Position numbers and translations under genes: made by a program
Shown here: positions 1 to 14,270 of the stretch, piece after piece
Position numbering within the stretch: position 1 is the first letter of the stretch
How the letters are laid out: each line of letters starts with the position of its first letter
The notes under the pieces: model-generated
Told to the model about the DNA's origin: nothing
What the model saw: the letters and a program-made list of their open reading frames with translations, nothing else
The model's database searches: none
Assembly: GCA_951406725.2 (NCBI GenBank)
Contig: OX597815.1
Location: 92,070,001 to 92,134,000 of the forward strand
From: Octopus vulgaris
Taxonomy: Eukaryota
Reading direction: 5' to 3'
DNA length: 64,000 nucleotides

Positions 1-222
1 AAAAAAACTATATGTAAAAGAAGATGTGACTTACCAAAAGAAACATGGCAGGGAACAATAACAAAAGACCTTAAAACCAGAGGGTTAACAATGAAACAAG
101 CTGTCAAAGACGCTTTCAGTGTTAGGTGGAATGATCTTGCTGTCACCTGAAGTTCCACAAGGCACAATGAGAATCGAATGTAATGTAATGTAATGTAATG
201 TATTGTGTGTGTGTGTGTATAT

Positions 223-1907
223 ATCATCATCGGTGTTGTTTAACATCCACTTTCCATGCTGGCATGGGTTGGATGGTTTGACTGAGTACTGGCAAGCCAG
301 AAGGCTGCACCAGGCTCCAATCTGATCTGGCAATGTTTCTACAGCTGGATGCCCTTCCTAACACCAACTGAGAGTAGTGGGTTCTTTTTATGTGCCACTA
401 GCATGAGGGCTGGTCAGGCAGTACGGGCATCAGTCACACTTGGATGGTGCTTTTTACGTGCCACAAGCACAGGAGCCAGTCAGGCGGTACTGGCAACAAC
501 CACGCTCAAATGGTGCTTTTTACATGCCACTGGCACTGGACTAGTCAGGCAGCACTGGTATTGACCATGCTCGAATGGTCCCTTTTACACACTACCAGCA
601 CGGGTGCCAATCAGGTGGTACTGCCATCGGCCATGACAACAACTTCACTTGCCTCAACAAGTTTTCACAAGCACAATTTATTGCTCAATGATTAAAGGGT
701 ACTCTTAAATGGGATGGTTATGCTGCACTGGCATAGGCCACAGTTACAGTCTCACTTGGCTTGCCGGATCTTCTAAAGCACAGCATATCTCCAAAGGTCT
801 CAGTCACTTGTCATCGCTGCAGTGAGGCCCAACATTGAAGGTCGTGCTTCAACACCTCATCCCAGGTCTTCCTGGATCTGCCTCTTCCACAGGATCCCCC
901 AACTGCTAGGTTGTGACACTTTTTTACACAGCTGTCCTCATCCATACACAACACATGACCATACCAGTGCAGTTGTCTCTCTTGCACACCACATATGATG
1001 CTTCTTAAGTCCAACTTTTCTCTCAGGGCGCTTACACTCTGTCATGTATGCACACTGACATTACATATCCAGTGGAGCATACTAGCTTCATTCCTTGCAA
1101 GCTTCCATATGTCCTCAGCAGTCATGGCCCTTGTTTCACTGCTATGTAGCATGGCTATTTGTACACATGCATCATACAGGCTAACTTTTACTCTGAGAGA
1201 GAGGCTCTTTGTCACCAGCAGAGGTAGGAGCTCTCTGAAATTTGCCCAGGCTATTCTTATTCCAGCAGCTACACTCTCAGAGCAACCACCCCTGCTACTA
1301 ACTTGGTCACCTAGGTAATGGAAGCTATCAACTACTTGTAGTTTTCTCCCTGCACTGTAACAGGAGCTGTTTTCTGCACATTTTTAATGTTTATTGCCCC
1401 TGAGCATTTGCCACATACAAAAACTGTCTTCTCAGTTAATCTTCCTTTGATATTGCTGCACCTCTTATGTGTTCATAGCTTACACTGGGTACATCTTATA
1501 GAGTTTCTATCTACACCTTTTCTACATATCGAGCAGGGCCATCTTCCTGAAGGGATTTGTGGTTTGTCTGCCTTACTTATTAAGACTTTGGTTTTTGCTA
1601 GATTGACTCTATGGCCCTTCGATTCTAGACCTTGCTTACACATCTGAAACTTCTCCTCTACTTCTGATAGTGACTCAGCTATTAGAGCAAGGTCTTCAGC
1701 ATAGAGAAGTTCCCATGGGCATCCTGTCTTGAATTCCTCTGTTATTGCCTGGAGGACTATGATGAATAAGAGGGGTCTGAGGACTGATCCTTGGTAGACA
1801 CCTACTCCTACTCGGAATTCTTCACTGTACTCATTGCCAACCCTCACCTTACTGACAGCATCCCTGTACATGGCTTGTACAGCTCTCACTAACTACTCAT
1901 TTATCCC
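223..1907 (-). mobile_element. RTE-clade LINE, 5'-truncated and decayed (RT domain plus 3' UTR)
   Basis: ORF 1473..1889 has QGSVLRPLLF and LLYAEDLAL (RT motifs). ORF 811..1014 has RGRSRKTWDEV. The 3' UTR has internal repeats and a (GAT)n tail near 223. Collinear with the copies at 49081 and 11848. Confidence 0.92.
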
Positions 1908-3084
1908 GTATACATTTCTATTCTACTTTAAACTTTAATCTCCATATTTTATGTAATTCTAAACTACTTCTTAATCCCACTCATTATCAAATACCCATAA
2001 AGCCTTCAGGAGACTCTGATATAAGGCTATAAGTCTATTGCATGTAACATACCCAGATGGTTGGCCGGTAAATAGAAGTAATGTGGTACAAAATATCTGC
2101 AGTGAATTTAAACTCATGATCCATGTAGCTGTTGTCCAATAAGTCATTTCAGTTCTATACATCTATTTACCTAACCATAAATACTAAATATATGGGTCTA
2201 CCTCTCAGTTTCTCCTACAAAATCCAAGTCTTTACAGTGATTACAAAAGAAAAGAACCACATACACTCAGTATATGGTTTACTGAACAACAGAACCAGAG
2301 CTTGTTACTTAAATCATAGAGTAATTTGGAAGGTCATATCTCCCAGTTTAAATTTTAATAGTAGGCATTGATAAAAAAAAGATCATCCATCTATGTAAAA
2401 ATAAGACCAACAATTCCACCACCTTTCATTATATTGCAGAACTATTTCCCTTATATTTACATAGAAAATGAATACAAATTATCTAATTAAAGCAATTGTT
2501 ATTACATCTATTAATCTAATTATAGAAGGGCCTGTGAATATTTTATAGAATTAATTGTAAACCTGTTCCTGAAAACTTTATCCAAAAAACTGAAAGCGTA
2601 GCCTGTGTTGTGTCTGAATCATCTGCTATTCATGAAAAGTAAAAGAAATTGAAATATGATGATTACTTAATACACTTTATATATACCTTATATACTTTAT
2701 GCACAATTTTAGAGACTTAATACACGGCACTCATAAAATAAATATTCACTCTTATTTTGACATTTTCTCCATAAACAGAAAAAATTACTTTTTAAAATTT
2801 ACATGGTCACAATTTCATATCTAGAAAACGAAAAATTTTATAGTAAAAAAAATTATTTTATATGTAAAATATAGGGATCACAATTTCATGGGTGTAAAAG
2901 TTTAATGCAACATGACACACTCTGAAAATCACATCATTGTTAACTTATGAGCCAAGGCGATGGGTCAGAGCCAATACACATTTCAATTTGTAGGTGATAT
3001 AAAAAATAAAAAATTTGGTTCATAAAAACAAAATTACTTTTCACTATACACTCACCACCACCACCTCTACCCCCCATCACCACC

Positions 3085-3117
<33 letters not shown>

Positions 3118-4513
3118 ATCTCACCATCAGAACGCCGCCCCTCAGCTAAAATTATATTCCTAACTCTCCTCTATATCACTACCTCCAACTAACTTTTTTA
3201 ACCATGTAATAAATATTACATCTCCCCCTACTGCATGTCATGGACACTTCTCTCTCCGTCTTTAGTCTCTCTCCCTCTTTTTCTTTCTCTCTCTTTCTGC
3301 CTCACTCTTCACCTTCTCTCTCCCTCTTTTTCTCTAATCACATGAAAGTGTTACTGACGGGCTAAGTAACGTAATGACAAGCAGAATTATTATGTTCATA
3401 TTTAAACTTAAAATATGCCAACATGTCATATAGAAAAGTCACTCATTAGATAGGACTGTATTTGCAACTCCTCAAACAGTCATTTAACTGAAGGTAAGCT
3501 TTCATTCATCGACAATATCCTGTGTGCTCACTCTGCTCTTTCCTCCTATTAATGCTATATCAGCCTCTGCTTCTCTGAACTAGTAAACTGCATGCAAACC
3601 TAGTGAAACCTACGTGATAAGCCTGCTTATGTATCAATCAATCAATCAGACTCTATGCTAAACATTTTACCAGATCCTTCCACTTGGAACTGCAAGTCTC
3701 TGAAATGCCTTTCTCATCATGTTTTCCTGCAGACATTGGTTGTTAGAAGTTCATGTCAAATATCACTTAGTTTGAAAGAGCAATCAAGGTCTAGGCACAA
3801 CTAATTTCCTCAGTATAGCAGTTTAATGAAATCAACAATGTATAATTCCTTTGATCCAACCTACCTGAGACCAGTCATGGTTTCCAAACAAAAAACCCTC
3901 ATTTTAAAGTGTTCATAATTAAATTAAGATTTTTCAGTTTTACATAAGATCGTTCTTGTTATATTTCAAATTCTTATTATATAACAAAGATATTTTACTA
4001 AATCCTTCCAAAATTGAATATTTTCACAATTAGCTGAAACATGGAAACGATATATCTCATAAGAAGTAAGATCACGAAAAGGTTAAGTCAACAACAGAAA
4101 TCTTTTGTTCTGATTCAGACCTATTTCTGAGAATACTATCAAAGACTTTCAGAATAACAACAACAGGAAAAAAAAAAAAAAAAAAAAAGAATCTGTTTCT
4201 TTTCACAAAATAAATATAGAGATAATTATATGATTTATTTATTTTGGAGTTGCATTCATTGCTGCCTTTCTGTGGCAATCCTCAAGTGGTTCTGACAACT
4301 CAATGAAAGAAATATTTCAGAAGCATTATTCTGGAAGATTTATTTCTACTTGAAAATGTTTACTGTTTAATAGGTATGTAAGAAAGGAGTGGAAAAGCCT
4401 TATATCAATGAAAGTTACTTGAATGATCATATTCCAACTCTTGAAAAATAACTTTTAATGGATCATTAAATCAATAAAGAGGATCTTTGTGGAATGAGTC
4501 AACTTTGTGAAAC

Positions 4514-4615
<102 letters not shown>

Positions 4616-5640
4616 TTCTATCTCATTCCAAACTACAGAGCTAGATAACTCAGATATGAGATGTAACTTGAGTGGAACAGTTAAATAAGTATCCATCTGT
4701 GCAAGAAAACTTAGCTTACTAGGAACTTACCCTCACTTTAATCTATTTCTACTCATAATTAATTTCTTTAAGATTGGATATATACATACATATTGATTAC
4801 TTATATAATTACAGAACATGATGTTTATTATGAAATGAAAACAAGATTGTGTGATATTCATGCCTTTCATAGAAACTAAAGAGTATTATGGACATAAACC
4901 AAATGAAACTGCTATAACCAGATTTTGAAATAAAGTTTCTGACTCAGTTCACCATAAACTGTGTCTACTAAATGGCACTTACCTATTTTATATAAGTTAA
5001 ATCTTTCACAAATTACAAATATCTGTAAGGATCTCCAGTTTTTGAGAGATAAATCTCTCTTCCACAAAGGATGCAATACTATAACTTTACAGACACTGGC
5101 TACCTCTTCCTGACAGCTTATATAATTGAAGCCACATAGAATTATCTGTCTTGACTATCACTGACAAAGAAATAATTGCAACACATTTGAACTGAGAACA
5201 CATTGCTTAGCATCTGATTCAATAAACTTTTCATCATCAACAAAGGTCCCTAAAATGTAAGTATCAGTATTTCTCAGCAATTTCTATAATAGTAGCATGG
5301 GGCATGTACTGTAATATTGCATTGCTGCATCCACCATTTGTTGGTGATTCCTACTCCTTGTGAATGATACCTTTGCACCATACAGGGTACAACCTTCTAA
5401 CCCATGGGTCTGTTTGAGTTGTTGTTACTGGTGAGGATTTTACAAGGATGGAATGCAAATCCTACCTCAACCCCTTTTGGTCACCTTTTATGACATACAG
5501 AGGAAATGTTGGGTTTATTCTTTGACATGAATTTAAGGTGACTGGTAATGATTTTTATTAGCAAGATACAATATCTAGATATGCTACAGAATATATCCTA
5601 ATGCTTAAGCGTCTTGAAAACATGTTCTTTTTTTTTTTTT

Positions 5641-6002
5641 TACTCTTTTTACTTGTTTCAGTCATTTGACTGCGGCCATGCTGGAGCACCGCCTTTAGTT
5701 GAGCAAATCGACCCCAAGACTTATTCTTTATAACCCTAGTACTTATTCTATTGGTCTCTTTTGCTGAACCGCTAACTTATGGGAACATAAACACACAAGC
5801 ATCAGTTGTCAAGCGATGTTGGGGCAACAAACACAGACAAACACACACATACATATATATATACATATACATATATACAACGGGCTTCTTTCAGTTTCCG
5901 TCTACCAAATCTACTCACGAGGCTTTGGTCGACCCGAGGCTATAGTAGAAGAGACTTGCCCAAGGTGCCACACAGTGGGACTGAACCCAGAACCATGTGG
6001 TT
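5641..6002 (-). mobile_element. tRNA-derived SINE (family A), 5'-truncated
   Basis: Reverse complement of the full-length copy at 24329-24717. Confidence 0.85.
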
Positions 6003-6249
6003 CATAATTTTTTGATACACAGGTATAAATATTAAAACAAGATAAGGATAGTTATCTACATATTGTGAATTTTCTAAATTTGAAACTTTAAGACAGTTTT
6101 TTTAAATTTTGTAAGCAAAATGCACAATATACTTTTAATTTCCCATATGAAATACCCCAGAAATTTTTTTGTCAGATATCAAGTGTGAAGTCAAAGAGAT
6201 TGGGGGTGAATTTAGTATACAGAAATTGTGTGGAAACCCTTTGTATCCT

Positions 6250-6672
6250 TTTATTCTTTTACTTGTTTCAGTCATTTGACTGTGGCCATGCTAGATCACC
6301 ACCTTAAAGGATTTTAGTTGAAGAAATCGACCCCAGGACTTATTCTTTGAAAGCCTAGTACTTGTTTTATTGGTCTCTTTTGCCAAACCACTAAGTTACA
6401 GGGACATAAATACACCAGCATCAGTTGTCGATGGTGGAAGGACAAACACAGATACATAAATACACACACACACACACTCATGCACATGCATATATAAATA
6501 TATATATATATATGTAACAGGATTCTTTCACTTTCTGTCTACCATATCCACTCACAAGGCTTTGGTTGACCTGAGGCTATAGTAGAAGACATTAGCCCAA
6601 GGTGCCATGCAGTGGGACTGAATTTGGAACATATGGTTAGGAAGCAGGCTTCTTATCACAGCTATGCCTGTA
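6250..6672 (-). mobile_element. tRNA-derived SINE (family A)
   Basis: Same tail (tttactcttttacttgtttcagtcatttgactg-like), central microsatellite and head as 24329-24717. Confidence 0.85.
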
Positions 6673-6674
6673 CC

Positions 6675-6719
<45 letters not shown>

Positions 6720-6799
6720 GTCCCACACATGCTAGCAAGGTGGACATTAAACAATGATGATGATGGTATATAATATAATATATATATAATATATATTAC

Positions 6800-7006
6800 T
6801 CTTTTATTTTATACACATTTCAATCATTTGTCTGTGGCCATGCTGGAGCACTGCCTTTAGTTGAAGAAATTGACTCCAGGACTTACTCTTTGTAAGCCTA
6901 GTACTTATTTTATTGGTCTTTTTTGCCAAACCACTAAGTTCCAGAGATATAAACACACCAACATTGGTTGTCAAGTCATGGTGGGGGCACAAGCACAGAC
7001 ACAAAG

Positions 7007-7010
<4 letters not shown>
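6800..7010 (-). mobile_element. SINE family A, 3' half
   Basis: Matches the 3' half of 24329-24717. Confidence 0.8.
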
Positions 7011-7043
<33 letters not shown>

Positions 7044-7045
<2 letters not shown>

Positions 7046-7349
7046 GTGATCACCGTGACCGACCAGACTATCAGATGTTGCTACACATCGCTGGTCACAA
7101 TGCGCTTCGCATTGTTTTAGCCTTCAAATAACGCCACCCGCTGGCTAAGCGAGCAGGCCAACAGAAGAAAGAGTGAGGGAAAGTTGTGGCGAAAGAGTAC
7201 GGCAGGGTTCGCCACCACTCCCTGCTGGAGCCTCGTGAAGCTTTAGGTGTTTTCGCTCAATAAACACTCACAACGCCCAGTCTGGGAATCGAAATCGCGA
7301 TCCTACAACTGCGAGTCCGCTACCCTAACCACTGGGCCATTGCGCCTCC
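7044..7349 (-). mobile_element. tRNA-derived SINE (family B), CpG-rich and apparently young, inserted in (TA)n
   Basis: The minus strand starts GGAGGCGCAATGGCCCAGTGGTTAGGG (A box) and continues GATTTCGATTCC (B-box-like). A partial second copy lies at ~37444-37535. Confidence 0.8.
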
Positions 7350-7477
7350 ACACACACACATATATATATATTTTTATATACATATATATATATACATATA
7401 TATATATATACATATATATATATACACATATATATATACATATATATATATACATATATATATACATATATATATAC

Positions 7478-7550
<73 letters not shown>

Positions 7551-7558
7551 ACACAGCC

Positions 7559-7598
<40 letters not shown>
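7350..7598. repeat. (TA)n/(TACA) microsatellite
   Basis: Directly visible; source of the spurious IYIY ORFs. Confidence 0.98.
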
Positions 7599-7600
<2 letters not shown>

Positions 7601-8456
7601 AAGGTTATAATATCCAGGCAGATACCGGATTTCTCTACGTAAAATGTCATGGCTGGTTCCTTCAGCCCATCAATGAAAGTGAAGGGTCATGGTTTACTAC
7701 TACGAAGCCTAATTCAAGCTAATAACGGAGGAAAATTCCTCTTTAAGCAATGTCATATTTATATAAACTGAAGTGATTGTACTGATAATGCATAAATAAT
7801 GCATATAAATATGCAACAGTATGATGGAAACACATGTTGGACAATTATTATGAATAAGCTAACTGGAAATGAACATAAAGTTTAAATGTTCAAATTTTTC
7901 ATTCTCCTTATTATCAATATATATATATATCATCATCATCATCATCATTTAATGTCTATGTTCCATGTGTGTGTGTGTGTGTCTGTTTGCCTCCCTCCCT
8001 GCGGCTTGACAACTGGTGTTGATTGTTTATACCCCTGTAACTTAGTAGTTCAGCAAAAGAGACTGATTGAATAAAAAAATTTTTAAATAAGTACTAGGGT
8101 CAATTTGTTCAACTAAACATTTCAAAGCAGTGCCCCAGTATGGCCACAGTCTAAATGACAGAAACAAATAAAAGATAGAAAATAAATTATTCAATCAAAA
8201 AATTTGTCAAATTTTTCATTAAAAATATATAAATATATCTTTTTCATTTGGTTTATTACTATGGGTTATATGATTTATGCAATTTTTTTTTCCTTTTTGA
8301 CTTAAAATTCATACATTTTGAAATTATTCCAGGTATAAATAATGATGACAATAATATTGAAAGTTGTAATGTCACTCAAGAGAATAATGATAATTATGAT
8401 GATAATGGTGAATTTTATTTACTAAGTTAATCAGTTGGTAACAAAACAATTCAGTA

Positions 8457-8586
8457 ATGCCTCAGATCTATGATAGAATTATCAAAACCATTTCAAAACC
8501 CACAAACCAGCGTACAGAATCAGAAATCAATAAATTCCTTCCTTGGTTTCGAAAGAAGTCTAAATTATTTAGAAAACTGAAGAGTG
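8457..8586 (+). CDS. CNBD2-like cyclic nucleotide-binding domain protein, coding exon 1
   Basis: ATG at 8457: MPQIYDRIIKTISKPTNQRTESEINKFLPWFRKKSKLFRKLKS; donor G|gtgagt. Probable acceptor at 8331-8332, with 5' UTR in the same exon. The nine exons join into 1740 nt (579 aa plus stop). Confidence 0.8.
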
Positions 8587-9058
8587 GTGAGTGAACATTT
8601 TTCCCTTTTTAAACAATCTATTTTATCTCAAAACAAAGATACAAAAGTGTGTGTTCCACTATTTATAGTAAAAAAGATACATTGTGACAATGAAATGTTT
8701 AGATTAATGTACTTTTAAACATGTATCCTTATCCAGTTCAATACATCTTTTTGGTCATAAAATGTTCAAAACAAAAGAATGTTGCTCCTTATTATATCAA
8801 CACAGGAAGAAAATTCCCTCCTTTGATGAAAGACAAAGAAGAAAATAATATGTGCGCACAATGGTGAAAAATGCATATGTGCATACAAGAAACAGACACA
8901 CACTTGCATACAACATGTACATACAGACAAGGCACACATAGCATGCCAACAGCAACAACTACAACAGAAAATTCAAAACTTTCCTCTGATTTAAATAAAT
9001 AAATAAATTCTATTACTTTTGTTATTTTGATATAAAATTGATAACATCCCATTTTCAG

Positions 9059-9146
9059 AGATATTACAAGACATACTTCAAAACTGTGATTTTGTATCTA
9101 AAAAGCCAGATGATGTAATAATTTTACAGGGAGACCAAGGAGAATG
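9059..9146 (+). CDS. CNBD2-like, exon 2
   Basis: ttttcag|; [30 protein letters not shown] (start of the cNMP domain); |gtaaga. Phases match the neighbouring exons. Confidence 0.88.
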
Positions 9147-9176
9147 GTAAGAAAATTACACAGATACTCATACATT

Positions 9177-9328
<152 letters not shown>

Positions 9329-9506
9329 TGAAAAAATCTATCAGAAAGGAACTCTAATCTTTTGATAAGCATAACAAATGCGCAACCGGTAAAAAGAACT
9401 TTCACCTAATTAAATTACTTAAATTACTTAAATTATTTTGTCAGCATTTTTTCTTCATTTCCTATACATATATATATATAAATCCATTACATATATATAT
9501 ACCAAT

Positions 9507-9943
9507 CTCTGACTGTGGAGGGAACTTGTGGTAGAGGTAGACCCAGGAAGACATAGGATGAGGTGCATGATCTTCGATTGTTGGGTCTCACAGGGACAAT
9601 GATTAGTAACTGAGATGTTTGACAATATGCTGTATTTGAGAAAACCCGTCAAGCCAAGTGAAATCATAGTCATAGCTGATGCTGGCGTCATGTAAATGGC
9701 ACATAAAAGGCACCATTTGAGCATTGGACCTCATGAAGGCAATGTGGCTGATGCCAGTGTCACATAACTGGCAACCGTGCCATTGGCATGTAAAAGCACC
9801 CATTACCATCACAGAAGTGGTTAGCATTAGGAAGGATATCCAGCCATAGAAACCACGCCAAATCAGACTGGAGTCTATTGCAGCCCCTTAGCTTGCCAGT
9901 CCTATTCAAACTGTTCAACCCATGCCAGCATGGACAATGGACG

Positions 9944-9981
<38 letters not shown>

Positions 9982-10049
9982 CGATGATGACGACGACGAC
10001 GGCGACGACGACGACGACAACGACGACGATGACGATGATGATGATGATG
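9507..10049 (+). mobile_element. RTE LINE 3' fragment with expanded (GAT/GAC)n tail
   Basis: ggtagacccaggaagac... and the 3' motif ggttagcattaggaaggatatccagcc, shared with the other RTE copies. Confidence 0.85.
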
Positions 10050-10225
10050 TATAGAATATGAGGTGTTTTCGTCAGGATGACTCAAAATAATAGGTATGCA
10101 TTCTGAGTGCTCAAATAGGTGTGCCACCAAAATTCCAGTTAGAACAGTGGTTGAAGTTGTGGTAATGTGATTGTGTTGTTCAAAAATGGCTAGAGGGGCA
10201 TCCCTTAGAATTAGTAGGTGTACAT

Positions 10226-10548
10226 TAAAGTAGTGAAGAAATGCAGACAATTAGGCATTTTAGAACAAAGGCATTTAATTTCATTTAATTCAATCTAAAT
10301 TTAACTATGCAACGTATGGTAAAAATAATGAAAAATAGTAAAGATAGCCTCTGACAGCTGTTTCTGGGATGTCTCAGCTATTGGAGCAATGCTCAATATG
10401 ATGCTACAAGAAACAGCTGTCAGAGACTATCTTTACTATTTTTCACTATTTTTACCATTCGTTATGTAGCTAAATTTAAATTGAATTAAATGAAATTAAA
10501 TGTCCTTGTCCTACCTTGCCTAATTATTTGCCTTTCCTCACTCCTTTA
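10226..10548. repeat. Long imperfect palindrome (~140-bp arms, ~44-nt loop)
   Basis: gtaaagatagcctctgacagctgtttct pairs with agaaacagctgtcagagactatctttac, and pairing extends outward to ttaggca/tgcctaa. Confidence 0.9.
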
Positions 10549-10552
10549 ACCA

Positions 10553-10591
<39 letters not shown>

Positions 10592-10639
10592 CACACACAT
10601 GCATGCACGCATGCACACATCCATACATACATACATACA

Positions 10640-11847
10640 TATGAGGGAGTACTCAAAAGTAACCAGGTATGTTTTCTGTCAGACAATCCCAGTGTAGTTC
10701 AGGCTTCCACTGCTAGAAGCCATTTAATGTGACCCTCAGACATCAGTTTGTTGACCGGTGGTGGAGGGTGAAATCGTACTGCCACATAGTGCATCTTTGT
10801 TTTTCAGTGCTTTTCCCCTGTTCATTGATTTTTACAATGGCTGAAACAAAGGAACAGCATGCTTCCATGAAATTCTGTTTTCCACTGGAGAAAACAGCAG
10901 CTGAAACAGATGTCATGCTTCAAACAGCTTACAAAGACACTGCCATGAGCAAAACACAAGCTTACAAGCTTTAGGAATGATCACTTGTCACTTGAAGATT
11001 AATCTTGTTCAGAGCGATAATCAACCTCCCAAACAAATGAAAACATCATGAAAATTCATGAACTGATCTTGGAGGACAGTCACTGAACAATTGACAAACT
11101 TGTTGATATGACTGCCATATCTTGGAGCTCCTGCCAACAACTTTTGAGAGAGGAATTGCAAATGAAAGAAGTTGCAGCAAAATTTGTGCCTCGCTTGCTC
11201 ACAGAAGATCAAAAGCAGTCACAACTGAATTCATGTCATGAACTGAAAACACAGTTAGAAGTTAACCTAGACCTATTTTTGAAGATCATCACTGGTGACA
11301 AAAGCTGGTGCTATGGCTATGACCAGGAAACGAAGCAGCAATCAAGTCAATAGCAGTATTCAATGTCACCATGCCCCCAAAATACATGTCAAGTGAAGTC
11401 CAATGTCAAGATGCTGCTGGTTTGTTTCATTGATGCGAAAGGAATTGTCCACACAGAATTTGTTCTATCTGGTCAAACTGTTAACCAGACATGTTACTTG
11501 ACAGTTCTGAAGTTTTCGCAAGACACAGTGAGATGAAAATGCCCCAACCTGTGGAGAGTGATTAGTTTCATCATGACAATGTGCTTGCACACACCACCTT
11601 GTGTGTGAGACACTTTTTGACCAAAAATGGCATGACTCCACTTATTTTCCCACCCTATTCATCCGATCTTGCTCCCTGTGGCTTTGCTTTGTTCCCCCAA
11701 ATGAAAAACGTCTTTAAAGGAAAATGTTTTTCAGATGTGGAAGAGGTAAAGAATAAAGCAATGAAGGAGTTAAAAAGTATCACTTTGCAAGAGTTCCAGA
11801 ACTGCTTTGAACAGTGGAAATTGCATCTGGAGAATACTTTGAAGGCA
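10640..11847 (+). mobile_element. Mariner-like DNA transposon, decayed transposase, 3' end lost
   Basis: Starts TA-TGAGGG (mariner-type terminus). Fragments include MKFCF..KTAAET, KFVPRLLTEDQK (WVPHEL-like), IITGDKSW, HHDN and PPYSSDLAPCGF (YSPDLAP-like). Multiple stops. Confidence 0.92.
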
Positions 11848-13055
11848 ATCATCATCATCATCATCATCGACGTTTAACATCTGCTTTCCATGCTGGCATG
11901 GGTTGGCTGGTTTGACTGAGGACTGAGCCAAAAGGCTGCATTAGACTCCAATCTGATCTGGCAAAGTTTCTACAGCCGGATGCCCTTCCTAACACCAACC
12001 ACTCCAAGAGTGTAGTGGGTGCTTTTACGTGCAACCAGCTCGAGGGCCAGTCAGGTGGTATTAGCAACGACCATGCTCAAAAGGTGTTTTTTATGTGCCA
12101 TCTGCACAGGAGCCAGTCCAGTGACACTAGCTACAACCATGCTTGAAAGTTGTATTTCATGTGTCACGAGCACATGTGCCAATAAGGCGACGCTGGCAAT
12201 GATCATGCTTGAATGATGCTTTTTACATGCCACCAGCATGGGAGCCAGTTAGCGGCCCTGGCAACGGTCACGCTCGGATGGTGCTTTTAATGTTCCACTA
12301 GCATGAATGCCAATCAGGCACATCAGCAATTTTGGTTTCACTTGCCTCAACAGGTCTTTGCAAGCGCAGTTTTTTGTTCAGTGAATGAAGGGTACTCATA
12401 AGTGGGCTGGTTATACACCACTGGCATAGGGTTATGGTCTTGTTTGACTTGTCGGGTCTTTTCAAGCACAGCATATCTCCAAAGGTCTCGGTCACTAGTC
12501 ATTGCCTCGGTGAGGCCCAATGTATGAAGGTCGTGCTTTACCACTTCATCCCAGGTCTTCCTGGGTCTGCCTCTTCCATAGGATCCCTCAGCTGCTATGG
12601 TGTGACACTTTTTCACACAGCTGTCAACATCCCTACACAACACATGACCATACTAGCACAGTTGTCTCTCTTGCACACCACATCTGATGCTTCTTAAGTC
12701 CAATTTTTCTTTCAAAGTACTTACACTCTGTCGTGTATGCACACTGACATTACACATCCAGTGGAGCATGCTGGCTTCATTCCTTGCAAGCTTACGCATG
12801 TCCTCAGCAGTCATGGTCCATGTTTCACTGCCATGTAGCATGGCTGTTTGTACACATGCATCATACAGTCTAACTTTTACTCTGAGCGAAAGGCTCTTTG
12901 TCACCAGCAGAGGTAGGAGCTCTCTGAAATTTGCTCAGGCTATTCTTATTCTAGCAGCTACACTTTAAGAGCATCCACCCCCGCTACTTACTTGGTCGCC
13001 TAGGTAATGGAAGCTATCTACTACTTATAGTTTTTCTCCCTGGAATGTGACAAAA
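11848..13055 (-). mobile_element. RTE LINE, 5'-truncated
   Basis: ORFs 12653..12904 (LSLRVKVRLYDACV..HGSETW) and 12347..12643 (RGRPRKTWDEVVK); (ATC)n tail at 11848. Confidence 0.92.
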
Positions 13056-13157
13056 GCTGTTCTCTGCACATTTTCCTCGGTACAAAGATCAGAGGGATCA
13101 TACAAAGAACAAAAAGCAATGGAGATAATACCTCTCCTGATATCCAGGATGCCCAAA

Positions 13158-13185
13158 CTATTATTATTATTATTATTATTATTAT

Positions 13186-13233
<48 letters not shown>

Positions 13234-13270
13234 AAGTAGTAGTATTAATACTATTATCATTATCATTATC
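13158..13270. repeat. (TAT)n(TAG)n compound microsatellite
   Basis: Directly visible. Confidence 0.97.
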
Positions 13271-13271
13271 C

Positions 13272-13480
13272 AGGTGGTGAGCTGGCAGAATCATTAGCAC
13301 ACCAGGCAAAATGCTAAATGGCATTTCGTCTGTCTGTATGTCATGAGTTCAAATTCTGTCATGGTCAACTTTGCTTTTCACCCTTTTGGGGTCGATAAAT
13401 TAAGCACCAGGGAAACCCTGGGGTCAATGTAATTGGCTAGTCCCCTCCCCAAAAATTTCAGACCCTTTGCTTTTAGTATA
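13272..13480 (+). mobile_element. SINE family C with a MetaSINE-like central domain
   Basis: ggtggtgagctggcagaatc...gagttcaaattc (B-box-like)...caactttgcttttcacccttttggggtcgataaa. Further copies at ~17040, 26545, 31866, 52838 and 63140. Confidence 0.75.
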
Positions 13481-13811
13481 GAAGTCAGGGAACTTTTTTA
13501 ACCAATTGCTTCAAAATATATTTATTTACACTGGCGTTACCCACTTGATTTGAAAGGAAGAAATTCAAAATTGAATTCAAAAGGTTTATTGAATCTATTT
13601 TATTGAAAATATTTATATAAATCTATTTTCACATCATTTACATTGGACAGATACAGTGTTGCCAGAAGAAAAATTTCTGTCGTAACAAGGAACACATTTT
13701 TATATAATTTTACTTATGTCTAGTAAGTCCTCATTACCCACAAGAATTTCATTTTGACCCCCACTTGGGATAATTTACCTTGGTTCACCAAACCTTGCTT
13801 TAGTAGAAAGG

Positions 13812-13856
<45 letters not shown>

Positions 13857-14270
13857 AGTTCTTTTGTCACACATCCTGTAACCTCTTCAATGACTGTTTT
13901 TCATGTTTCCTCTTCTCTCTGGTCTTGTCCTGCATTTCCCATCTTTTTAATTCAACTTATGCTTATTTAATTTTACATTAAAAAATATATATTTCCAATA
14001 ATTTCTCACTAAAGCTTAAAAGTGTGTAATAATATGAGGTTTCATTGTGTGTGTGTGTGTGTGTGTGCATGTATGCATGTATGCACTTTCATGTTTGTAA
14101 GGAAGATATTTATGTAATAAGTTTATATGTGTTAAGGTTTGTTTATTTATTGATATGTTTATTTATTCTGATGATAATATTTCTTATTTTCACTTAGTTT
14201 TGCTGGTTTACTTTTTAGTAAAGCTCAAAATAAAATTGTATATTTTCCATTTTTGTATTTTTGTATATAG

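Noticed and set aside
3440-4380. Possible 5' non-coding exons of the CNBD2-like gene (donors gaag|gtaagc at ~3494 and tag|gtatgt at ~4374)
   Set aside because: Splice-like signals alone are not enough without transcript data.
7275-7349. tRNA-like sequence
   Set aside because: It is a SINE head continuing into a repeat body; the acceptor stem and B box are imperfect.
7247-7650. ORFs with IYIY, poly-L/T/S/H or CVCV runs (also 9124, 9760, 13021, 60017, 62686)
   Set aside because: They are translations of microsatellites.
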